Below, in pieces: positions 1-11,132 of a stretch of DNA of 64,000 bases. The stretch is taken from NCBI GenBank assembly GCA_048213135.1, contig PS015082.1, positions 162,466 through 226,465 on the forward strand. Reading direction: 5' to 3'. The stretch's first letter is position 1. Each line of letters starts with the position of its first letter. The notes beneath the pieces are model-generated. The model searched no databases. It was not told the DNA's origin and saw only the letters and a program-made list of their open reading frames with translations. Origin of the DNA: Reclinomonas americana ATCC 50394. Its lineage: Eukaryota. Position numbers and translations under genes: made by a program.

Positions 1-35
1 AATCATAACAGTTAGCAGGGCAAGTAATAACGCAC

Positions 36-189
36 AAACATGTCTTCCACAAACGAGCTCGCTCGTGCAGCCGACTCATCGCTGAACGGCACACTCGTTC
101 GGAACATCGACTCGTGCCGATTGTTGAACTTGATGACATTGAACATCACACCCTCGTCCAGGCTCGTCAGGAACAGTCGCAGCGCCCGC
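36..189 (-). other. Isolated exon of a vWA-domain (VWA5A-like) gene in reverse orientation next to a gap
   Basis: Translates RALRLFLTSLDEGVMFNVIKFNNRHESMFRTSVPFSDESAARASSFVEDMF followed by a GTGCGT donor; near-identical to the + strand exon at ~8988-9139. Confidence 0.7.
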
Positions 190-1031
190 NNNNNNNNNNN
201 NNNNNNNNNNNNNNNNNNNNNNNNNNNNNNNNNNNNNNNNNNNNNNNNNNNNNNNNNNNNNNNNNNNNNNNNNNNNNNNNNNNNNNNNNNNNNNNNNNNN
301 NNNNNNNNNNNNNNNNNNNNNNNNNNNNNNNNNNNNNNNNNNNNNNNNNNNNNNNNNNNNNNNNNNNNNNNNNNNNNNNNNNNNNNNNNNNNNNNNNNNN
401 NNNNNNNNNNNNNNNNNNNNNNNNNNNNNNNNNNNNNNNNNNNNNNNNNNNNNNNNNNNNNNNNNNNNNNNNNNNNNNNNNNNNNNNNNNNNNNNNNNNN
501 NNNNNNNNNNNNNNNNNNNNNNNNNNNNNNNNNNNNNNNNNNNNNNNNNNNNNNNNNNNNNNNNNNNNNNNNNNNNNNNNNNNNNNNNNNNNNNNNNNNN
601 NNNNNNNNNNNNNNNNNNNNNNNNNNNNNNNNNNNNNNNNNNNNNNNNNNNNNNNNNNNNNNNNNNNNNNNNNNNNNNNNNNNNNNNNNNNNNNNNNNNN
701 NNNNNNNNNNNNNNNNNNNNNNNNNNNNNNNNNNNNNNNNNNNNNNNNNNNNNNNNNNNNNNNNNNNNNNNNNNNNNNNNNNNNNNNNNNNNNNNNNNNN
801 NNNNNNNNNNNNNNNNNNNNNNNNNNNNNNNNNNNNNNNNNNNNNNNNNNNNNNNNNNNNNNNNNNNNNNNNNNNNNNNNNNNNNNNNNNNNNNNNNNNN
901 NNNNNNNNNNNNNNNNNNNNNNNNNNNNNNNNNNNNNNNNNNNNNNNNNNNNNNNNNNNNNNNNNNNNNNNNNNNNNNNNNNNNNNNNNNNNNNNNNNNN
1001 NNNNGGTCACTTACCTGATGTCTCGTTGTAG

Positions 1032-2435
1032 GCGGAGGGCGGCACGAATCTGCTGGGCCCGCTGGTCTTTGTGCTGTCGCAGCCAGTGGCGGCCGGACGC
1101 ACTCGGCAAGTGTGTGTGCTGACCGACGGTCAGGTCGGCAATCGCGAAACATGCATCGATCGTGTGGCTGCTGAGAAGCACTCGACCCGTGTGTTCACCA
1201 TTGGTCTCGGATCCGGTGTGGATCGGCTCTTGGTATCCGAGTTGGCGCGCGTGGGTCACGGCTCGTGCGCGTTGGTGGACCCTGGAACGAGTGAACTGGC
1301 GGCGATAGTTGTGGGACAGCTGAAGGAGATGCAAGTGCCGGCAATCACCAACTGCGAACTGCGCGGATTGCCAGCGCATGCACGACTGTGCGTGGACGCG
1401 ATTGCACCGAGCTTTGCCAACAAGAGCACATCGGTGTATGTGTTCTTTGAGGAGAGCGAGGAGAGCGGGTTTGATGTGGAGTTTGTGGCGAGTGTGGGTG
1501 ATGGTGAGTGGGGTGATAATCGAAGGAGTTGAATGGAGAAAGTGTGTTTGCTGACTGTTTGTGTTGCAGATGTGATTCGGCAGACTGTGCGGATTGAGGG
1601 AGGCGGAGGACGTGCACAGAGCGGAACGATGTTGCATGTGCTTGCAGCGAACCAGCGGATCAAGGAGCTTGAGGATCGAGCGAACAAGGGAGCAGCAGAG
1701 TTTCGTCGTCATCTGTTCGAAAGCATTGAGTTGATTGATCTCTGACTGTGGTGTTGTTGTTGTTGTGGAACGAGCAGAAAGGCGGAGATTGTTGAGCTGT
1801 CGACGACGTTCAATGTGGCATCGTCTGAGGCGTCGTTTGTGGCAGTGGACACGAGCAGTCGTGGAGCGCTGTCGAGTGCACCGGTTGTGCGCGACATGAA
1901 TGTGTTGCTGCAGGCTTTGATTCAGGCAGATGCGGCGCCGATGGTCCTTGGCTGCACTCTGCCGGGTTCGACTCAAAACAGTGGTATTAACCTCGCGTAC
2001 GCTCGTGGAGCGACGAAGAGCGCCGGCTGCTGTGGAGGCGGTGGTGGTGGCGGAAGCTACAGTCCGCCGCCATCGCCGAGGAGCGAGAGACCGCTCCGCA
2101 GTCGGCAGCCACCGAGGTTGGAACCACTGGATCAACTGCTTTTCTCGCAGGCAGCCTGTGGTGCATGGAGCGATGCCCACGTTGTCGCTGCCGCTCTCGG
2201 TGTCCGTGTGGATATGCTTTCGTGCGACATGCCATCTGGTGTCGATGAGAGCTTGTGGCTCACTGCGATCGTTGTCGCTTTGCTGGAAGGACGGTTCGCA
2301 GCCAAGCAGGCTGAGTGGATTCTCATTGTCACGAAAGCAAATCGGTATCTCGCCCGCCACAATGCCAGCGGACTTGTGCAGCTTGTACGCCAGTCGGCGC
2401 TGGCAGCGCACGTTTCCCACGGCGAGCGTGCTTGA
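1032..2435 (+). CDS. VWA5A/BCSC-1-like VIT+vWA protein, copy A (3' part; 5' part in gap)
   Basis: GGTNL, VLTDGQV and RVFTIGLGSGVD vWA motifs; C-terminal LFSQ..GAW...LWLT..VV..LE...EW.LI..KA module; spliced with GT-AG introns. Confidence 0.8.
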
Positions 2436-2657
2436 TGCCGTTTTTTTGTCAATCCAGCGTGTACAGTGCTCTTTAGATTGCAGTTGTTGATAAAGTTGAG
2501 GTTATCTGCACTCGTCCCCTTTGTGCAATGGGCAACATGCATAGGTCCCCTGGCGTTGGACTGTCGCGTTGGGACTGGACGCTGCATTCCTGTCACGACA
2601 AGAAATTCCGAACACACGCCGTTTTCATCTCTGGCTGGGAGCACACACACCTCGGTC

Positions 2658-5600
2658 ATGGCAGCCGTTCTTCCCGCGCATGACATGGATCCGCTTCAGC
2701 GACTGCGGCTGCGCTGCGTAGCTCGCAGCCGTAATGCACGGCACAATGTCGACGGTCATGGTGAAGCATCATCCGCCAGTGTCGCAAATAACATTGACTC
2801 ACGCCGTGGCGAGTTGGCCTCTGGCACGCACGACATGGTGCTGAAAGGTGAGCTTCTAGTCTCAGTCCCGCAGTGTAATCCAGAATCATGTATCGGGACT
2901 AAGTTGTCTTTGTGTGCAGCCACACGCATCACCTCTGCCATTCGCAACCACGCTGCCACCATCGAGGTGCTGCAGCGCTACGAGAACGACTCGGCCACCG
3001 ATGTTGTCGAGGCCGTCCTCAGTGTGCCCGTCGATGCGGGCACGGTGGTCGCCGACTTTGCCGTGGCGCGTGTGGACGGAAGAGTGATTCGTGGTTCGGT
3101 GAGACCGCGAGAGGAGGCCGCCGACACGTATGACGATGCACTGGCGTCGGGACAGGCGGCGTACATGGTGCAGCAGAAGAAGGACACACAGCGCAAGACG
3201 TTTGAGGTGCATCTGGGTCGGCTGGATCCTGGTGGTGAGTGAGTGATTGAGTGATTGAGTGATTGAGAGTGATCTGCTTGTGAGATCTCATTCGGTGAGC
3301 AGAGTCGGTGACGTGCATGGTGAAACTGGTGCGGGAGGGAGCACTGGAGCCAGTGGGCAACACGTTTGTGCACGTGATCGAGGCGGGACTGTTGCCTTCA
3401 TTCGAGGATGCTGGGTGAGTGCGATTCAATGTTGTGGTTTGGTGGTGGTGGTGGTGGAAGAGGAGAGACTGACTGCTCAAGTGCGTGTGCGTGTGATAGN
3501 NNNNNNNNNNNNNNNNNNNNNNNNNNNNNNNNNNNNNNNNNNNNNNNNNNNNNNNNNNNNNNNNNNNNNNNNNNNNNNNNNNNNNNNNNNNNNNNNNNNN
3601 NNNNNNNNNNNNNNNNNNNNNNNNNNNNNNNNNNNNNNNNNNNNNNNNNNNNNNNNNNNNNNNNNNNNNNNNNNNNNNNNNNNNNNNNNNNNNNNNNNNN
3701 NNNNNNNNNNNNNNNNNNNNNNNNNNNNNNNNNNNNNNNNNNNNNNNNNNNNNNNNNNNNNNNNNNNNNNNNNNNNNNNNNNNNNNNNNNNNNNNNNNNN
3801 NNNNNNNNNNNNNNNNNNNNNNNNNNNNNNNNNNNNNNNNNNNNNNNNNNNNNNNNNNNNNNNNNNNNNNNNNNNNNNNNNNNNNNNNNNNNNNNNNNNN
3901 NNNNNNNNNNNNNNNNNNNNNNNNNNNNNNNNNNNNNNNNNNNNNNNNNNNNNNNNNNNNNNNNNNNNNNNNNNNNNNNNNNNNNNNNNNNNNNNNNNNN
4001 NNNNNNNNNNNNNNNNNNNNNNNNNNNNNNNNNNNNNNNNNNNNNNNNNNNNNNNNNNNNNNNNNNNNNNNNNNNNNNNNNNNNNNNNNNNNNNNNACCT
4101 GGACTCGATGAGTATGAGACACCACTGGGCAGCTTGCCGGTCAGTGGCCTCTCGGTGGTGGTCCATGTCGAGTCCGACAAAGCGATTCGCGATGTGGAGG
4201 TGAAGAACTACCAGGTGGAGATTGTGCGATCGGAGGCCGATCCGTGCCAGGCGACAGTGCACCTGTTGGACGTGAGCCGGGAGGGGAGCCGCGCACGGCC
4301 GGCGGCGTTTGAGACGNNNNNNNNNNNNNNNNNNNNNNNNNNNNNNNNNNNNNNNNNNNNNNNNNNNNNNNNNNNNNNNNNNNNNNNNNNNNNNNNNNNN
4401 NNNNNNNNNNNNNNNNNNNNNNNNNNNNNNNNNNNNNNNNNNNNNNNNNNNNNNNNNNNNNNNNNNNNNNNNNNNNNNNNNNNNNNNNNNNNNNNNNNNN
4501 NNNNNNNNNNNNNNNNNNNNNNNNNNNNNNNNNNNNNNNNNNNNNNNNNNNNNNNNNNNNNNNNNNNNNNNNNNNNNNNNNNNNNNNNNNNNNNNNNNNN
4601 NNNNNNNNNNNNNNNNNNNNNNNNNNNNNNNNNNNNNNNNNNNNNNNNNNNNNNNNNNNNNNNNNNNNNNNNNNNNNNNNNNNNNNNNNNNNNNNNNNNN
4701 NNNNNNNNNNNNNNNNNNNNNNNNNNNNNNNNNNNNNNNNNNNNNNNNNNNNNNNNNNNNNNNNNNNNNNNNNNNNNNNNNNNNNNNNNNNNNNNNNNNN
4801 NNNNNNNNNNNNNNNNNNNNNNNNNNNNNNNNNNNNNNNNNNNNNNNNNNNNNNNNNNNNNNNNNNNNNNNNNNNNNNNNNNNNNNNNNNNNNNNNNNNN
4901 NNNNNNNNNNNNNNNNNNNNNNNNNNNNNNNNNNNNNNNNNNNNNNNNNNNNNNNNNNNNNNNNNNNNNNNNNNNNNNNNNNNNNNNNNNNNNNNNNNNN
5001 NNNNNNNNNNNNNNNNNNNNNNNNNNNNNNNNNNNNNNNNNNNNNNNNNNNNNNNNNGATCACTGACCTGATGTCTCGTTGTAGGCGGAGGGCGGCACGA
5101 ATCTGATGGGTCCGCTGGACTTCGTACTGTCGCTGCCAGTGGCGGTCGGACGCACTCGACAAGTTTGCGTGTTGACTGACGGTCAGGTCGGCAATCGCGA
5201 AACATGCATCGATCGTGTGGCTGCTGAGAAGCACTCGACCCGTGTGTTCACCATTGGTCTCGGATCCGGTGTGGATCGGCTCTTGGTATCCGAGTTGGCG
5301 CGCGTGGGTCACGGCTCGTGCGCGCTGGTGGACCCTGGAACGAGTGAGCTGGCGGCGATGGTTGTGGGACAGCTGAAGGAGATGCAAGTGCCGGCGATCA
5401 CGAATTGCGAGCTGCGTGGACTGCCAGCGCATGCACGACTGTGCGTGGACGCGATTGCACCGAGCTTTGCCAACAAGAGCACGTCGGTGTATGTGTTCTT
5501 TGAGGAGAGCGAGGAGAGTGGATTCGAGGTGGAGTTTGTGGCGAGTGTGGGTGATGGTGAGTGGGGTGATAATCGAAGGAGTTGAATGGAGAGATTGTAC

Positions 5601-6716
5601 GTGCTGACTGTTTGTGTTGCAGATGTGATTCGGCAGACTGTGCGGATTGAGGGAGGCGGAGGGCGTGCACAGAGCGGAACGATGTTGCATGTGCTTGCGG
5701 CGAACCAGCGGATCAAGGAGCTTGAGGATCGGGCGAACAAGGGAGCAGCAGAGTTTCGTTTCCCACAAGTTTGTTGTCATTGAGTTGATTGATCTCTAGA
5801 TCTGACTGTGGTGTTGTTGTTGTTGTGGAACGAGCAGAAAGGCGGAGATTGTTGAGCTGTCGACGACGTTCAATGTGGCATCGTCTGAGGCGTCGTTTGT
5901 GGCAGTGGACACGAGCAGTCGTGGAGCGCTGTCGAGTGCGCCGGTTGTGCGCGACATGAATGTGTTGCTGCAGGCGATGACCGTACCGAACGATCGCTCT
6001 GGGCTAGCTGGACTGCAGCCAGCTGCAGCGTACAAGCGCAAGTCGTTATTGTTCCATGGAGGTCGTGGCGGTGGTCGTGGTGCGGCGGCTCGTCAGGCTT
6101 CGCATCGTGACCGAGATCGCGACCGCTGCACAGCTGCAGTCGGATTCGGGAGAAGGGCACGACAAGTCGACGATTACGATGGTTCATCGTCTTCTATGAT
6201 GCTGCAGTCTATGCCGGCTGCTGCCCGATCGCGATCACGATCGCCAGAGAGCGCAGTGCGATCGCGAGGGGACGCTGAATTCTTTGGCTTCTCAACCGAA
6301 AGGTTCGCACGCTCAGGAATGTCTTTCGGTGCACGTGGAGACTCTACTGGGGCGTCGCCTGTCGAGTGCAGAGTCGATCGCGAGCGTGAGCGGGAGCGAC
6401 GTGTTGACCCCTTGTCCGCCTCTTCGGCCCAGCGATCGCCCATCGACACTGTCCTCTTCTCTCAAAATGCCAGTGGCGCGTGGGCAAATTCCGCCGTGGT
6501 GGCCGCTGCTGTTGGTGTGGACGTCGCCACGTTGCTGCAAGGCAAGCCAGCTGATGTGGAGGAGACGCTGTGGCTGACGGCCGTGGTGGTGGCCCTGTTG
6601 GAATTGCGGCATGCAGCCACCAGGAGCGAATGGGAGCTGATCGCCGCCAAGGCCTCTCGGTTCCTGGCGAAGCGTCAATCCAGCGCACTCATCGAGCTGG
6701 CAAAGAGTTGTCTGTC
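2658..6716 (+). CDS. VWA5A-like VIT+vWA protein, copy B (interrupted by gaps, stop codon not visible)
   Basis: VIT domain (QRYEN...EAVLSVPVD...A..TYDDALASG...F.VHLGRL.PG), vWA exons and C-terminal module. Confidence 0.8.
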
Positions 6717-7803
6717 NNNNNNNNNNNNNNNNNNNNNNNNNNNNNNNNNNNNNNNNNNNNNNNNNNNNNNNNNNNNNNNNNNNNNNNNNNNNNNNNNNNN
6801 NNNNNNNNNNNNNNNNNNNNNNNNNNNNNNNNNNNNNNNNNNNNNNNNNNNNNNNNNNNNNNNNNNNNNNNNNNNNNNNNNNNNNNNNNNNNNNNNNNNN
6901 NNNNNNNNNNNNNNNNNNNNNNNNNNNNNNNNNNNNNNNNNNNNNNNNNNNNNNNNNNNNNNNNNNNNNNNNNNNNNNNNNNNNNNNNNNNNNNNNNNNN
7001 NNNNNNNNNNNNNNNNNNNNNNNNNNNNNNNNNNNNNNNNNNNNNNNNNNNNNNNNNNNNNNNNNNNNNNNNNNNNNNNNNNNNNNNNNNNNNNNNNNNN
7101 NNNNNNNNNNNNNNNNNNNNNNNNNNNNNNNNNNNNNNNNNNNNNNNNNNNNNNNNNNNNNNNNNNNNNNNNNNNNNNNNNNNNNNNNNNNNNNNNNNNN
7201 NNNNNNNNNNNNNNNNNNNNNNNNNNNNNNNNNNNNNNNNNNNNNNNNNNNNNNNNNNNNNNNNNNNNNNNNNNNNNNNNNNNNNNNNNNNNNNNNNNNN
7301 NNNNNNNNNNNNNNNNNNNNNNNNNNNNNNNNNNNNNNNNNNNNNNNNNNNNNNNNNNNNNNNNNNNNNNNNNNNNNNNNNNNNNNNNNNNNNNNNNNNN
7401 NNNNNNNNNNNNNNNNNNNNNNNNNNNNNNNNNNNNNNNNNNNNNNNNNNNNNNNNNNNNNNNNNNNNNNNNNNNNNNNNNNNNNNNNNNNNNNNNNNNN
7501 NNNNNNNNNNNNGTGTAGTTCGATTGCATGAAATGCTTGTTTGTTCAGTTTTCTATTTTTGTTTTTCCGACCTCTGTTCTGGCATCTCCTTCGCTTGCGC
7601 GCTCTCCACTTAGTGGCACGCAAGTAGCCCAGTGAATGAAGTCAAAAGCCCACACAACTGCACCAGGGTGTTGAAAAACCTCGAATCCCGCTGTTTCTAT
7701 TTTTAGCTCACCCGCTTTGCATTTATCATGCCGAATCGCACTCGGCCACAACATTTTTTTCCATCGCTGAGAGCGAGAGATCATTGACACAACAACGAAG
7801 AGA

Positions 7804-10800
7804 ATGAGGCCATTTGTGATTACCTGCGGCGGTCGCTGCATCAACCGGAGGCCACCGATGCCGGTGCCGGTGCCGGCGATGCCGCAACCCGAGTTGCCCG
7901 CACGAGTAGAGTTGGTTCTGAAGGGTATGTCTGTGCATGTTTCTGTGCATGTGTGTGTCTGGAGGCTAAGAATTCACTCTTGCGCAGCCACGCGCATCAC
8001 CTCTGCCATTCGCAACCACGCTGCCACCATCGAGGTGCTGCAGCGCTACGAGAACGACTCGGCCACCGATGTTGTCGAGGCCGTCCTCAGTGTGCCCGTC
8101 GATGCGGGCACGGTGGTCGCCGACTTTGCCGTGGCGCGTGTGGACGGAAGAGTGATTCGTGGTTCGGTGAGACCGCGAGAGGAGGCCGCCGACACGTATG
8201 ACGATGCACTGGCGTCGGGACAGGCGGCGTACATGGTGCAGCAGAAGAAGGACACGCAGCGCAAGACGTTTGAGGTGCACCTGGGTCGGCTGGATCCTGG
8301 TGGTGAGTGAGTGAGTGAGTGATTGAGTGATCCGCTTGTGAGATCTCATTTGGTGAGCAGAGTCGGTGACGTGCATGGTGAAACTGGTGCGGGAGGGAGC
8401 ACTGGAGCCAGTGGGAAACACGTTTGTGCACGTGATCGAAGCGGGACTGTTGCCTTCATTCGGGGATGCTGGGTGAGTGCGATTCAATGTTGTTGTGGTG
8501 GTGGTGGTTGTTGAAGAGAAGCGACTGACTGCTCAAGTGCGTGTGTGTGCGTGTGATAGACCTGGACTCGATGAGTATGAGACACCACTGGGCAGCTTGC
8601 CGGTCAGTGGCCTCTCGGTGGTGGTCCATGTCGAGTCCGACAAGGCGATTCGCGATGTGGAGGTGAAGAACTACCAGGTGGAGATTGTGCGATCGGAGGC
8701 CGACCCGTGCAAGGCGACAGTGCACCTGTTGGACGTGAGTCGGGAGGGGAGCCGTGCGCGGCCGGCGGCGTTTGAGACGCGAGTGAGTGTGGATGGAGTG
8801 GAGTTCCCGTCGGTGTGCGTGGAGCGATACGCGGAGGCGGTAGATGGTGGACGACAGCTGTGTGCGAGTGTGTTGTTGGCGCCTGCACTGCATCCGACGG
8901 TGACGTCGCACGAGGCGAACACGGAGATTGTGTTTGTGGTGGATGTGAGCGGGAGTATGGATGGGCAGCCGCTGGAGGAGAGCAAGCGGGCGTTGCGGTT
9001 GTTCCTGACGAGCCTGGACGAGGGTGTGATGTTCAATGTCCTCAAGTTCAACAATCGACACGAGTCGCTGTTCCGAACGAGTGTGCCGTTCAGCGACGAG
9101 TCGGCTGCACGAGCGAGCTCGTTTGTGGAGCGAATGCAGGTGTGTTTCAGTGTTCCTTTTTTAATCTAAACGTCGACTTGCTGAGCTTATGCGAATCACG
9201 GCAGGCTGGGGGAGGTACGAATCTGCTGGGCCCGCTGGACTTCGTACTGTCGCAGCCGGTGGCGGCCGGACGCACTCGGCAAGTTTGCGTGTTGACCGAC
9301 GGTCAGGTCGGCAATCGCGAAACATGCATCGATCGTGTGGCTGCTGAGAAGCACTCGACTCGTGTGTTCACCATTGGTCTCGGATCCGGTGTAGACCGGC
9401 TCTTGGTATCCGAGTTGGCGCGCGTGGGTCACGGCTCGTGCGCGTTGGTGGACCCTGGAACGAGTGAGCTGGCGGCGATGGTTGTGGGGCAGCTGAAGGA
9501 GATGCAAGTGCCGGCGATCACCAACTGCGAGCTGCGTGGACTGCCGGCGCATGCACGACTGTGTGTGGACGCGATTGCACCGAGCTTTGCCAACAAGAGC
9601 ACGTCGGTGTATGTGTTCTTTGAGGAGAGCGAGGAGGGCGGATTCGATGTGGAGTTTGTAGCGAGTGTGGGCGATGGTGAGTATGGTGACAATCGAAGGA
9701 GTTGAATGGAGAAAGTGTGTTTGCTGACTGTTTGTGTTGCAGATGTGATTCGGCAGACTGTGCGGATTGAGGGAGGCGGAGGGCGTGCACAGAGCGGAAC
9801 GATGTTGCATGTGCTTGCGGCGAACCAGCGGATCAAGGAGCTTGAGGATCGAGCGAACAAGGGAGCAGCAGAGTTTCGTCGTCATCTATTCGAAAGCATT
9901 GAGTTTATTGATCTCTGACTGTGGTGTTGTTGTTGTTGTGGAACGAGCAGAAAGGCGGAGATTGTTGAGCTGTCGACGATGTTCAATGTGGCGTCGTCTG
10001 AGGCGTCGTTTGTGGCAGTGGACACGAGCAGTCGTGGAGCGCTGTCGAGTGCGCCAGTTGTGCGCGACATGAATGTGTTGCTGCAGGCCTTGGTGCCGCC
10101 GGCGTCGGCGAAGGCTCAGCCTCACCACGGCGGCATTCAACGCAAGCGCATGGCGTCCGCGGGTCGGAATCGCTCTGCACTGACTGCCAGTTCGGTGATG
10201 TCTTCGTCTTCGTCGTCAGGGTGCGCACCCATGTCGCGGCGACTCGCGGGTGCGAGCGCCGTCTGCGCGCCGGCTGCGGAGCTTCAGCGGCGTATGTGTG
10301 AGGATGAGGCGGATGCGGATTGTGTGCCGGAAGCAATGATGGAAATGAGAAAGAGCGCGGAGAAGAAGTCCAAGGCACGCCCGTCGTCGGCGTCGGTCAA
10401 CAGGCCGCAGCTTCAGATGGCGCCCAGTGCCAGTGCAGCGCCTATTCCGGTGGCGCTCTCTGCCCGGGCGTCGTCCATGGCCCCAGCTGCGGTTGGCGGT
10501 GGTGGCCGTGGCGGCGGCGGCGAGAGCAAGTCCCCGCTGGATAAGATGCTCTTCTCGCAGAGTGTCAGCGGCGCGTGGGCTAATGCCGCAGTTGTGGCCG
10601 CCGCTGCTGGTGTGGACGTCGTCACGTTGCTGCAAGGCAAGCCAGACGATGTGGAGGATTCGTTGTGGTTGACGGCCGTGGTGGTGGCCCTGTTGGAGTC
10701 ACAGCACGAGGCGACGCGTAGCGAGTGGGAGCTGATCGCCGCCAAGGCCTCTCGATTCCTGGCCAAGCGCAACGCAGGCGCGCTGGTGGATGCCGCCAAG

Positions 10801-10827
10801 GTGGCGCTTTTCAGCGTGCCGACGTGA
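7804..10827 (+). CDS. VWA5A-like VIT+vWA protein, copy C (complete, 6 introns)
   Basis: VIT domain, MIDAS motif EIVFVVDVSGSM, GGT, LTDG and C-terminal module; open frame after splicing, TGA at 10825-10827. Confidence 0.88.
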
Positions 10828-11132
10828 TGCGGTCCGTCAGAGCGCAGACCACTCGTCGGCGCGCGCGCGCGTTCGTCACGGCTCTGCGCGAAGCACACAA
10901 GTGCGCTGTCGATTGTTCGCTGACGCGCACATTTGTGCATGTGTGGCACACTCGTTTTTTTCTCTTCCTGTAGCGAGGCACACCAATGAATCACACGTTA
11001 AGTGGCTGACTTACGAGTGACTATGTACGAGAAATCCAGAGTTGTTTTGTAGCCGATATCTCCGCTCGTGTCTAGATTTTCCGACAGTCGCCAACCTCCT
11101 CTACCAGCGACGATCATCTCACCGACGCATGC

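Noticed and set aside
36-189. Inverted vWA exon as a real inversion or antisense copy
   Set aside because: Tiny contig next to a gap that matches the exon missing from copies A and B; most likely mis-oriented scaffolding
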